Below are positions 39,301 to 50,210 of a stretch of DNA of 64,000 nt, in pieces. The stretch comes from Vicugna vicugna. Its lineage: Eukaryota. The notes beneath the pieces were generated by a model. It did not search any database and was not told where the DNA came from. It worked only from the letters and a program-made list of their open reading frames with translations. The DNA is taken from positions 963,651 through 1,027,650 of the forward strand of contig MU062062.1 in NCBI GenBank assembly GCA_013265495.1, in the 5' to 3' direction. Position 1 is the first letter of the stretch. Each line of letters begins with the position of its first letter. The translations under genes were made by a program, and so were the position numbers.

Positions 39301-41797
39301 TCACCGTCTTCTCATTAACCACCAGGAGACTATCCTTTACCAGTCGTGCAGCTTCAGCGGCAAAGTTGATTTTGCCCTTTAGTGGTAAAGTATTTCACTC
39401 TGGGGCCTCGTGCGCAAAGATGAGAAGCCAAATTGAATTAAAAAATTGTCTAAGAAAATGTTTCTCCCTCCCAGTGGACCTTAATTTTTGAAATAAACAC
39501 TGAATCTTCGGGAAGCAGAAACTGCTTTTCCTGCAAGCCACTGTCCAGGTACAATAATCTAAAACCACAACTTGGGTCGGGCTTCCACACCCACCCTGTC
39601 GCTTTCTCCAGGGTTCTCCTCGGTTTCTGTGAAAACAGCCAGACGCCCCAGCCGATCACAGAGCACAGACCGCCCGAGAGACGGGCTGAGTCACAGTTTC
39701 TCCTCTCTCCTCCAGATCGCTGCTCACTCACAGGAGCAAAGCAGGAACCGCGGAGAAGGAGTCCGCACGCTGCTCTAATCAGAGGCTTATGTCCAGCAAA
39801 TCTGTCATGAAACGGTTCTTCTTACAGTAAGAATGGATTGACAGCGCATCACTGGAATGGACATGCTGAAAAAATCGGTTCAACCAAGTAAAGGGAAACC
39901 AGTACAGAACAAACAGGTCATTCGTCCGCACCCTCCACCCGCCGACGCAGCGGCTCAGACCCAGGAAGCGTCCCGGAGGAAACGGATCCAAGCGTCGCCC
40001 CACCCCGGACCCGACATTCTTCTCCTCGTCTGTTGTCCCCTCATCTTACACAGACTGAGTCGGCGCACGCCTGCCCCGGTCCTCACCGGGACGGTGCTCA
40101 CGGGGTGGGCACTAACGTTAGCTGTGTATTTGCTATTAAAAATTACTTATTTTAGATGATAAGTAATTTCATTTAAAAAAAAAAGCTAGAAAATGAAGGA
40201 AGGAAGGAAGCTGATGGTTTGCAGGCCTTTGGACTCAGGCCGAGCCGCACGCCGGCCTTCCTGGGCCTCCGGCTCGCAGATGGCAGACGAGGGCCGGCCT
40301 GGCCTCCGGGGCTGCGCGGGTCAGCTCCGTGGGGGCTCCCTCTGTCTCGTCGGTCCTGTTCTGGGGACCCCGACTCACACCGACCCTGCCGCCCGCCAGG
40401 TGCAAACCCCGCTGCAGAGAAGGAGGGACAGGCAGTCTGTTCATCTCTCTGCCCCTGCGGCAGTGCCTCCACGGAACGGGGCCCAGCACGTGTTCTGTAA
40501 AATGAATTGAAATTATTTTTTTTAAAAAAGCCAGAGGCTGCATTTCCTCAGCTCTCTCATGAAACCTCTCTTCTGTCTCTTCCTCTGATGTCAGGCCAGC
40601 GTCTGCAACACAACAGAAAGGGACGGTCAGGGGATCTGGCTTCCTGGGGCGCGGTGGCTTTTACCAGTGTACGAACGTCAGAGCCAGAACTCGAGCACAG
40701 ATCACGGCCTCTGGGAGCCCAAGACGGCGGGGCGCCCGCCGAGGCTGGCGCAGTGACCGCGTCAGCTGGAAGGAGCGCCCGTCGCCGAGGAGCTGCGAGG
40801 GCCTGTCACGGCCCGGCCCGCACCACCCGGGCTCCGTCCTCACCGCAGGTCACATGCGGTCACTGTGCACGTCGGACCCATCCTGTCTGGTAGCAAGTCG
40901 GGCCTTCGGGAGGTGACGAAGCCCCCGGGTCTGCCTCAACACCACAGGAGCCTGTCACCCTCCCGGAACTCTGTGCGGCCTGGTGACGTCATGTTTGACC
41001 ACGGGGCCCTCTGAGCTGTCGCCCAGGCTGTGGGTTTCTTCCCACTTCTCAGCTCAGGTATCTACCAGGGGGCCCTGCCACCTGCCGGCCTGGTGCAGCC
41101 CCGTAACCTCACGATGCGGGTGGCGGTGGACTTGAGTCCACGTAGCCTGGAGCCCCGGGTTGGCCACTGGGCGCCGCGTGGCGCAGTGACTGCTGGGGGC
41201 TCCTGTGCCAGCGCTCGCCGCGGCGCCCCAGCCCTCGTCTGCTCCCCGCGGGAGGACAGTCCTCGTTCTGTCACCCAGACGCTGCTGTTTAGAAGCAATT
41301 TGTGCCGCACACAGTGCTTCCTAGAGGCGTGCTGTTGGGCTCGAGGACAGGCTCCCCAGTGCACGTCAGGGCCGGCGCCCCGGGAGCCGGCCGCCTCCTG
41401 CTCCGTCCGGGGGAGCGCTGCAGAGCCCGGCACTGCTGCGGCGGGGTCCTTCTTCTTTAAAGGCTGTGAAGAGCTCGGGCAGCCAGCGCGAACGCCTGTG
41501 GCCGGCGGGGTTGGAATGGCCTCGTTCTGGGCGTCCCGACACCGAGACGGAGAGGTTAGGGGGCACGTGCCGCCCCTTTCTGTGCTGAGGCACCGGCCCC
41601 TCCTCGGGGCTCCTGCAGGAAAAGACTTCGTGTATCAGGGAAGTCGAGGAGCATGTCATTGACTTGACAGCAGACGGAGGCTGTTAAGAAAGTTTGCTAA
41701 AATAAACAATGAACCTGCGCCCTGCAGGAAGGGCGAGACTGCCGTAATGACCAGTGAGGCGACTGGAGAGCAGGCGACGCGTCCTCACCGTCCTCAC

Positions 41798-41884
41798 CGC
41801 AGGGAGCCGCCCAGCCCCGGCGTCGAGAGGGCCCTGTTGATGGACGGTTGAGGCAAGTAGTGACAGGGACGTGGGATATAAAAC
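41798..41884 (-). other. Candidate 87-nt internal exon (UTR/lncRNA or unknown)
   Basis: Minus strand: branch-like GCTAAC, polypyrimidine tract TGTCTCTGTTTTCTCTGTTTAACTAG|G, and donor GCG|GTGAGG (a second donor lies 9 nt further on); no recognisable peptide. Confidence 0.4.
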
Positions 41885-42134
41885 CTAGTTAAACAGAGAA
41901 AACAGAGACAGTTAGCCTGCGAGTGCTGTCCGTAAGAGGTGTTTGAAAGGCCTTGTTAAGTCCGTAGTGCAGTGGGGGGCCCTGAGGCGCCCCTCGGGGA
42001 GGAGCGGGGAGCAGGGGCCCCTCGGTGCCTCCCGTCCCTGAGACAGGACACCTGTCTTTCCTGATGTCCTCCTCTCAGCCAGACGCGGCTCGTAGGGCAG
42101 GGCTGGTCCCTGCGACTCTCTCTCTCCCCAGTCT

Positions 42135-42330
42135 GCGTGTGAGTGTGCGTGCGTGTGAGTGAGCGCGTGTGGCCGTGTCCCCACTGCCCCCCGCTGGAGG
42201 CGGCGGTGAGCGCGCGGAGCCCAGAGCCTGCAGGTGCTGAGCGGGAGGAGGCCGCGCGCGCGTCCCGGGCGTGCGCGTCACTTGCAGCGCGCTGGTCGTC
42301 TGTTCTGGGTCAACGTTGCTGCTCCACGAC
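42135..42330. promoter_or_regulatory. CpG-dense block with alternating purine-pyrimidine tracts
   Basis: gtgtgagtgtgcgtgcgtgtgagtgagcgcgtgtg, gccgcgcgcgcgtcccgggcgtgcgcgtc. Confidence 0.45.
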
Positions 42331-44369
42331 CGCGCGGCAAGCTGACCGAGCCCAGGGCGTTCGCCGGGAGCCCTGACAAGCCTGATTTCCCTCGGTGCAC
42401 GGCGGGTGGGGTCTCCACGGAAAGGAGGGGCTGCCTGGCCGGGCACGCTCCGCTGTCATGGCAACAGGGAGTCGGCACCACCAGCACCACAGCCGTGCAT
42501 CGCCAGTTCAGTGCTCCACTAATCACAAAATAATCCCTCCTTTATGATTCGGGGCCGGACTCCTGGAAGTATGAGCCCCCTGTGGCAAGTGCCAAACTGC
42601 GGAATAAAACCACGGGGAGAAGTGCGACCATGCAGAGCGGCCGTGGTTTCGCACAAAGTAGCCCGCAGGTGTTTGCAGTTGGTCTTAAGGCGGTGTCCCA
42701 GGGGTGTCTGTAGCCTTAGGTAGCAGTTGCCCAAACCCGGGTCAGGCGTCTCCGGCTGGAGAGCGGGTCCAGGACCCGCCTGAGTCCGCGTGGCGTCTGC
42801 ACGAGATGGAGGGGACCAGGCAGAGCCCGGGCCGGGAGGCGATCACCCCTCGAGGCAAAGCTCGGGAACCACGGCCCAGGGAGGCCGGGCCCTGGTGGAC
42901 TCGCCTGGAGGGAAGCCCACTGCGTCCCTCCAGACCCACCTCACTTCCTCCTGCCTGTTCAGAAAGCATCCTGTTAGGGGGCGAGGCCCTGTGCTGCCCC
43001 TCAGGTGTAGCGCCAGACCTGTCCTGGGCAGGAGCGTCTTCCGAACCTGCTTCTGCTGCAGCTCCTCTCCCCTCTGTCTGGTTGAGGTCGGAAACTCACG
43101 CTGACTTGGACTTGAACTTGGCTAAATACAGACTTGCTGGGAGCCTCTGCTTCCTGGGTTTTCTGAGAGGAAGCAGGGAGGCTGGAGAGAGCCCACAGCC
43201 TCCTGATCACACCCCCAAGGTGCCTGTGCGCGCCAGGCTCCCCCTACACCAAACGAAATTTGGAACCGTCCCAGGCTGCCCTCGGGGGTCTGTGGGAAGG
43301 AGGGGCGGGGATGAGGCTGCTCGCCTCTGACTGGGCGCAGTTGTGAGCGAGGCCGTGTACACAGAGGACAGAGACCACCAGGTCCACACACACCTGGATG
43401 AGCTTGGAAAGGGCACTTCCTGCACTTGAGAACCGTGGTCTCACTAAATGATGGAGTAATTCTACGCCCCCCACTGACGGTCATCGCATCGCTGCCAAGA
43501 AGGACGGCTCCCTTCACTCTGGTTGTGTCCCCAGAGGCCATGGCTTCCATTCTGAAGACACTGGCGACACCTCCTGGGCTCTCGGGGAAGCTTCGCACCG
43601 GTATGTGTGGATGCCCAGGTCAGGGAGTGGGTGCGCGTCCTCGGTCCTCACCGTTACCTTGGGCACTTGGGGCCCTGAACATTGTTCAGTGGTGGCTGGT
43701 TAATACCTGGGTGCAGATACGCATGTCAGAGGGAAAACGAACCCCCAGGTCTCCGAAAGGTTGGGTCTCCCGTAAGCACCTGCGTCTTGACTTGTTCATG
43801 GTTCAATGGCAGGGCATCCTCAGGTCACCGGGCAAAATGACCTGGAAGCCTCCCCTCCATCCCCGAGGCCCCCTGATTTCCAGCAGTGCAGGTGGTCACA
43901 GAGTGGGATGGGGCACCCCTACCCCATTCCCTCTGCCCAGGAGTCTCAGCCTGAGCCAAGCTCTCCACCTGCCTCCTGTGAATGGCGCCGTAGTGACAGT
44001 TTACACAGGGTGCATCCACACGGCTGGCAGGTGTGTGGGGACGGCAGCCCTGGATCCTGGGAGTGGTCTGTACCTGGCTGACCCAGCCCCCTCCTGATGT
44101 CGCGGACTGAACACTCCTTCTGCTTGCGGTGGCCAGGAGGCTGGAGACCATCGAGACAGTTCCAAGAAGCAGGAGCGTTGCCTGCGCCCCCAGGAGACTC
44201 GCCAGCGCCGGTGTGGACGAGGCTCTTCTCCCGCTGGGTTAGAGCAGACATACGTGGGTGTCATGTCGCTCTGTTCCACACCCAGCCGCAGCTCCCTCCG
44301 GGAGCCTGCCCTTGGAGAGCTGTTCTGTTGTGAAGAAGTGTGGAGAGAACACAGGTTCCACGTGCTCAC

Positions 44370-44469
44370 CGTCAGCCGCACGCGGTATAAGCTTGGAAAC
44401 ATCAGCAGGGTCTCCATCGGGAGCAGAACACCCGCCTGCGGCGGCGCAGCCCAGCCTGCTGGCGTCACT
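44370..44469 (-). other. Candidate 100-nt exon
   Basis: Minus strand CCATCCCCTTCAG|AGTGAC...GGCTGACG|GTGAGC; contains an ATG giving METLLMFPSLYRVRLT up to the donor; no homology recognised. Confidence 0.3.
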
Positions 44470-45099
44470 CTGAAGGGGATGGCCGGCTACAAGCCACCGC
44501 CCCGCACGGGCCGTGGGCTGCCTCGGCTCTGCCCCTGGCGTCAGAGAACATGAGTCCTCAGGAGGAAAGAGCCTCCTTTCTGGCCCCTTTTAAAGTCCCG
44601 ACTCCTGGGTGGCCCACGCCTGAACTCGACACTCACCCCTTCTCCCAAGTTTACTCTCACGGTCCAGCCTGGAGTCTCTGTCCCCATGATGACAGCACCC
44701 GAGGGCTGCCCGGCCGGCAGAGGACAGTACAGTGTTGAGGGGGAGCGATTCACCAGCACCTTCCCTCCATCCCCCCAACTCCAGCCGGCGCCCTGTGAAC
44801 GCTGACCTCGGTGCCCCCAGCCACCTTGTCCCGCTCGGGACTCCTCCCGCCTCCCCCTGGCCGTGCAGGGCAGACTCTGTGGTCTCTCCTGCTTGTGCCC
44901 CGAGGCCTGCGCGCAGGAGGGGCACCTGCCTTCACTGGCGGGGCTGCAGCTGTGCCGCGGCTGCGGGAGGCGGCGGGGCTGCTGGCACATGGGGAGGGCT
45001 GCCAGAGAGGGAAGGGCCCCCTGCCCCCGGACTGGGACGCACCTCCTGTCCCGTCCCGGACCCAGGTCCTGGCCTCATGCCAGGAAGCAGCTGTTGAGC

Positions 45100-45325
45100 C
45101 AGTGAACAAATGAATGGATGAATGAGCGAGTGGATGGAAGAGTAAAGGAGTGAGTGAATGAACAAGCGAACAAGTGAAGAACGCGGCGACGAGGAACCAA
45201 CACCGGACGGATGGGTGCGTGAGCGAGCATCAGACAGCTGAGTGACGGCTGACCTAATAAACAGACGAGTGGACGGAAGGATGGACGGACAAGTGGACAA
45301 ATGAGCAAACGCAGGAAGGAAGGAA
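45100..45325. repeat. Degenerate (TGAA/GGAT/GGAA)n tract, possibly seeded by an L2 tail
   Basis: tgaacaaatgaatggatgaatgagcgagtggatgg...gagtgagtgaatgaac...ggacggaaggatggacggac...gcaggaaggaaggaag. Confidence 0.7.
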
Positions 45326-46820
45326 GCAGCAGCCATTTCTGTGCTGACTTCCCGGCCCCCGGACCCTCAGCCCCGTCCACTCAGGAGCCCTGCTGCTGCC
45401 CCACCTCGAGCCACCGCCCCACGAAGACCTGCAGATGGAGGAGGGCTCTTGCGGCAGCAGGGCACCCACAGAGGTGGCAGCGGGGCCGTCGAGAGGCGGG
45501 TGAGGCGAGTGAGGGACGTGCCTGGCACAAAATCTCAGTCATCTAGATAAATGCCATTTTAATGCTGTATGTGAAAAATCAGAATTAATGCAAAACCCAT
45601 GACAAAAAAAAAACTTTTAAATACAGACAGGATTACTATTCCTGATTTTTTTGCCCCAGGCTCCAATATGGCTCATTACAAAACCGTCTTTATGTCAAAT
45701 TCTGATATTTTGTTCATCATGATCTTTTGCATGAATGTTGATATTTGAACATGTTGCATGAGGACAGTATTTGTCTCCATTTCTGAGAGTTGTTTGGGCT
45801 TTTTTGTTTGTTTTTTTCTTTTGTTTGGTTCCTCCATAAATGTCACGCCCCGGGGTGGCTCAGCCCCGGTGGCAGTGGCTGCACCCCTCCCCCAGACAGG
45901 GCTGCTTTGGGGGAACAGAATAAGAGAGCCCCTCCTCCCCCACTGGTGACAGAGGCTTACACGCTCCTGCAGGAGGGTTTCACCCCAGGTTGTTGTGCCT
46001 TCTTGGCTATTAAGGTCCTTCCAAGCAAAGTGCTAAAATTGTGATAGAGAAATAGAAACCCCTTTCGCCTTTGCGAAGAATTGTTACTGCTGCAGAATAT
46101 ATGAATTGCAAAACACCGTGACAGAAAGATTTGCAGTGCGTTTCTGTCACACGGCGGAAGAACAGAAGTTACTGGAATTTAGTTAAATGTTGCTGGCCCG
46201 CGGCTGCCTTCACGCCTGGCAGGCACCTCAGCTCTCCTACACTTATAAGCTGCAACAGTGAGAAAGTGACGCTCGTCAACACAGCCCTGGAACCTGGGGG
46301 CGGTTCAGGGCAGAAAAGGGAGAAGGTGACAGCGGGGAGGCCCCCTTGGCTGCAGGAGCCGAGGGTGTCAGGGGTCAGAATGTCGCCAGGCGCGGGCCGG
46401 GCCGGGCATGCTGCCCAGGGCCCCTCCTGCAGCCTGCCTGCGGCTGAGCCGGAGCATCCCCGTCCATCTCACGCCCCGCGCACCGACCGGCGTTGCTGAC
46501 ACGGAGCCCTTCGCCGTTGAGAGTGTGGGGCTGGGCTTCACCCACGGTCGTCCTGGGAAAAGCACGCAAATGCGTGGAGTTAATGGATTGCTTCCTGAAG
46601 GTAGTCTTCGTCGTCTTGAGAGGCGGTGAAGGCGCTGCCTCTGCCCTGTGAGGTCCTGGAGGTGGGAGAGGGCGTGAGAAGCGAAGCTGAGGTGATGGTG
46701 GGAGCTGGCCCGTGTCGGAGCGCGCGCCAGCAGGGCCACTGCCTTAGTCCGCGGGGTGGCGCTGGGGTCTTAGTCCCAGGGGTGGCGCTGACAGGCACCG
46801 TGGAGGGGCGGTAGGGGTAC

Positions 46821-46915
46821 AAACAGCAGGCTTTGATTTCTCAAGTTCCAGGGTCCAAGGGCCAGGATCAAGGCACCAGCAGATGCCATGCCTGGTGAGA
46901 GCCCACCTCCTGCTG
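46821..46915 (-). mobile_element. MaLR (MLT1A-like) LTR fragment, antisense
   Basis: aaacagcaggctttgatttctcaagttccagg...caggatcaaggcaccagcagatgccatgcctggtgagagcccacctcctg resembles antisense MLT1A (aaacaacagaaatttatttctcacagttctgg...aagatcaaggtgccggcagattcggtgtctggtgagggccc). Confidence 0.7.
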
Positions 46916-48484
46916 TTCCACGTGAATCTGTCTCCCCTGGGCCTGGGCCCGAGCTGGAATCGGCTTCCCCGTGGCATTCCCACGGAACCTCGCCTGGGGT
47001 CCCGCCCTGCTGGGAGACACCGGGGACACTCGTGGCTTTTGCACGGTTTTCCCGAAGTCGTGCGTCCGAAACCCTGAGGGTCACAGAAACATTGTGCTGG
47101 GCTAACATTTTGGTTGATTCTCTCTGTTCCTGCCTTTCCCTCAGGTCGCACAGCCCTGGGTTTTTGTCTCAAGCCTTGATGGCACAGAGCCGCTAGGAGT
47201 GAAACTATAATGGCACATTCCTAGCTCTTGACTTTCAAAAGCGAAGGTGGAGGCACAAAACAATAGATTTGGAAGGACATTTTTTGTCTGTGAGAGCCAG
47301 CTTTTTTCTCCCCCTGCTTCCAGACTAGATGTGTTTTCCTAAATGGGAGGAAATGGAGAAAGGAATAGCGACCCAGGGGAAAAGAAAAAGAAAAACTGTT
47401 CAAATGCTAGGAGGTTCCTGAGAAGGGGCCTCGCCCCGTCCGTTCCCACTCTCAGGACTCCCTGCGGAGGGAGGGCAGGGCTGTCAGCCAGGCAGGGGAG
47501 TCCTGTTGGGCAGAGACCAAGGCAACCTGCCTGAGGGCCAGCCCCAGGGAGACACAAAGCCCTCACCGACAATGTATCAGAAACATCTGTCCCAGACCCT
47601 GGCTACTCAGGCCGGCTGAGCCCCAGAATTTCTGGTGCCCAGGGTGGGAGAGGGGAGGGAGCAATAGCCTCATTCTCTCCACCCCAAGAGTAGAGGTCAG
47701 AGCGGAGCTGAGGTGGACGGACATGCAAACACCTTTTGGACTTGAACAAGGGGCCCAGTAGTGTCAACCCATGGTCTGACCGGGGAGGACCCCAGAGACC
47801 AGATGCTTGCAGCAGAGGGACAAGGGAGCAGGGCACAGCCCTTCCCAAAGCCAAGATCCCCCAGAAAGGACAGCATCTCCCCACTGAGCAGATGGGGCCC
47901 AGAACATAGTGGGCTCAGAAATAAACTATGGGACTGTTTTCCGCCTGAATCCTAGAGCAATGTGGCTTTCCAAGTGGGCGGTCCCACCCGCCCCTCCCTG
48001 GCTGGGGTCTCACAGCCGGCAGGCGGGCCGCAGTGGAGAGCAGGTTGTGGTGCCAGGTTGGAGTCTCTGCCTGTGACTCTGGAGAAGGCGGCTCCTGGTG
48101 GCAGCTCCAGGAACACGGAGGCTGCCTTCTGGTTGGGAGAGTAACCCTTTGGGACCTCAGCGCCTCAGACCGCTAGGACCGACGAACAGGAGCTGCGGAT
48201 TGACGGCTGCGGTTCGCCGCGTGGGCTCCGCGTGAGGACCTGGAGGAAAGCCAGTGAGCGTCATCCCGATGCCGCTTTGTTGTCATTTCTTTCCAGTCGG
48301 GGTGGACACAGCTGCTGCCAATTTCTCTGCCCGTTCTTACAGCAGAACTCCTTGTCTCCATCTCCTTGAGGAACAAAGGAAAACTCTACTCTTTAACGGA
48401 AGAACAGAAAGGTGCAAGCAGCGCACACTGTCCCCGCCACACCAGGGCCGGGCAGCTTTATAGGGATCTGCTCCAGGGCGGGGG

Positions 48485-48585
48485 NNNNNNNNNNNNNNNN
48501 NNNNNNNNNNNNNNNNNNNNNNNNNNNNNNNNNNNNNNNNNNNNNNNNNNNNNNNNNNNNNNNNNNNNNNNNNNNNNNNNNNNNN
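48485..48585. other. Assembly gap (101 N)
   Basis: Run of N; true length unknown. Confidence 1.
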
Positions 48586-48665
48586 CGGGGCTCCGGGGCG
48601 GGGCGGGGCTCCGGGGCAGGGGCGGGGCTCCAGGGCGGGGGCGGGGCCCCGGCGAGGGCGGGGCT
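48586..48665. repeat. G-rich GC-box minisatellite (ggggcggggctcc-like units) abutting the gap
   Basis: cggggctccggggcgggcggggctccggggcaggggcggggctccagggcgggggcggggccccgg. Confidence 0.85.
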
Positions 48666-49026
48666 GGGCCTGGGCAGTGTCCCCGCCCTCTGCTCCCCGG
48701 CCCCGCCAGCTTGAAGTGTGGGTGCGTCCCTTTTGCTCCGGGGACCTGATCTGAAGCCCCGGAGCGGCGCCTGAGCAGGTGAAGCTGACCCAGCACAGAG
48801 GACGAAAGGTTGGGCTTCACCGCGTTACCTGGGCTCAGTTTTTATCCCCCAGGCGCTGTGCGGGGGCTCCGCCTCCGCCTTGCCTGCTCTGGCTGTCCGG
48901 CGGAGGGACTGCCCTCGCGAGCCTGGGCGGCCGGCCGTGGCCCGGCGGGAGGAGCAGGGCTGCTCCCGGGCCCTCGGGCTGTCTGCTTGTCCCCAGGCCT
49001 CCGCCCTGACTGTTCGCGACCACCGC

Positions 49027-50210
49027 TTGTCCAGCCTCCTGGAGACAAAGGCCGCCAGACGGTTTAAGATGCGCGTCCGCGTGTTAGCAAGAGAGGAGGG
49101 TCCTGAGAGCGCAGGCCTCTAGGTCTTTGCCTGCGGGCGCACATGCCCGGCTCACACAGTGGTGGTTTTTTGGAAGAGAGGCTCATGCGAGCGGTCCAGG
49201 TGGTCTGTTGTCCCAGGTTGTCACTGGAGTTTGGGGCTCGGGGGCCTGTTCCTTTGGGTGCGCTGCCCCCCTGGAGTGACCCCTGCAACTTTAGGGCAGA
49301 GCAGGTGGTCAGGGTCACTAAGTGGGGTCTGTCCACTTAGGAGGGAGCTGGGTTCGCAGGCCCTGGTTTTCCAGGTTGTTAGGTGCCCTCAGGCTCCTGG
49401 CCGGAAGGGATGCAGGGCCAGAGCTGGGCAGCACCTGGTCACTTTTTCCCATGAAGGCTTTCCTGGTTTCTCCTTTCTGGGTGGCAAACTTGAGTTGTTC
49501 CATTTTGAGGGCTAAGTTGTCCCTTGTCTCAGGCTAGGTGAATGGGTTCCACACATATGAGTTCAACCACACTTAACTTACCCCTGGGGCTCCTGTGCAT
49601 GGAGCTTACAAAGTCTGATTTTCTTGGGTGTCCTGACCTGGCTTAGGTGAAGCAGGTTTCAAGGTCCGGTTGGCTCTGCCTGCATTCCCCAAGGTGGAAT
49701 CTCCAGGCTGAGTGCGGGGTCCATTTTATGTCCAGGGCACTGGTTATCCCCTTTGTCACTTGAGGCACAAGTGCTGGACCATTGTCACTTAGTAGGGGAC
49801 CTGGGAGCCCAGCCTGGGGATTGTTCCTCTTAGCAGTGCCTTAGCCACTTCAGCCGCCGTGTTGCTGCCAGCAGGGAAGTGTTCCACCCACCCAGGAGAC
49901 GTGTCCACTAGTGCCAGGATGTCCCTGGCACTGCCTGGTGTCGTCGGCATGGCCGTGGAATCAGCCTGCCTGTGCTCCCAGGCCACGCCCCCCGGCCTGA
50001 GCAGGCCCCACCCAGAGGTCTCTGGAGGGCCTGGTATTGGGGTTGTTTGTTGGGCAGATGGGATGCGTCTCAACTGCGCAGCTGATGACACTGTTCATGC
50101 CAGGAGTTACCGCGACCTCAGCCAAACGACTGTACAGGGCGCCCCCGGAGTGAGTTCCTCGGTGAGCCTCCCCGAGGGCTGGACAAGGAGCAGTTTGGGA
50201 AAGAAGTGGT
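49027..50210 (-). pseudogene. Class I (ERV1/gamma-like) endogenous retrovirus fossil: frameshifted integrase plus env TM cytoplasmic-tail remnant
   Basis: Minus-strand translation across frameshifts: HRGTHSGGALYSRLAEV...VETHPICPTNNP (HHCC, 50164-50040); RQADSTAMP...ILALVDTSPGWVEHFP...AEVAKALLRGTIPRLG (core); SDNGPALVPQVTKGITSALDIKWTPHSAWR (from ~49790); GRANRTLK; KWT.PHLVTLTTCSALKLQG (C-terminal domain, ~49340-49270); LLLTRG..ILNRLAAFVSRRLD (env tail, ~49100-49027). Confidence 0.9.

Larger units (their letters stand above)
48335..48850 (-). promoter_or_regulatory. CpG-island promoter with GC-box repeats and TATA box; putative 3' LTR of the adjacent ERV1 fossil
   Basis: On the minus strand: tandem GC boxes (48586-48665), gap, TATAAA (48457-48462), a candidate start ~33 nt downstream (~48429), GTTAAA (48392-48397) and ...TCTGCTGTAAGA (~48335). 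It lies directly 3' of the env-tail remnant. The promoter motifs are seen; LTR identity and boundaries are inferred. Confidence 0.5.

Noticed and set aside
43380-43600. Plus-strand exon ending CACCG|GTATGT
   Set aside because: No convincing acceptor or recognisable peptide; it overlaps an equally plausible minus-strand candidate
44370-44420. METLLMFPSLYRVRLT|V as the first exon of a C2-domain/SMURF-like gene
   Set aside because: Only the last 3-4 residues resemble it, and no following C2-domain exons were found in the window
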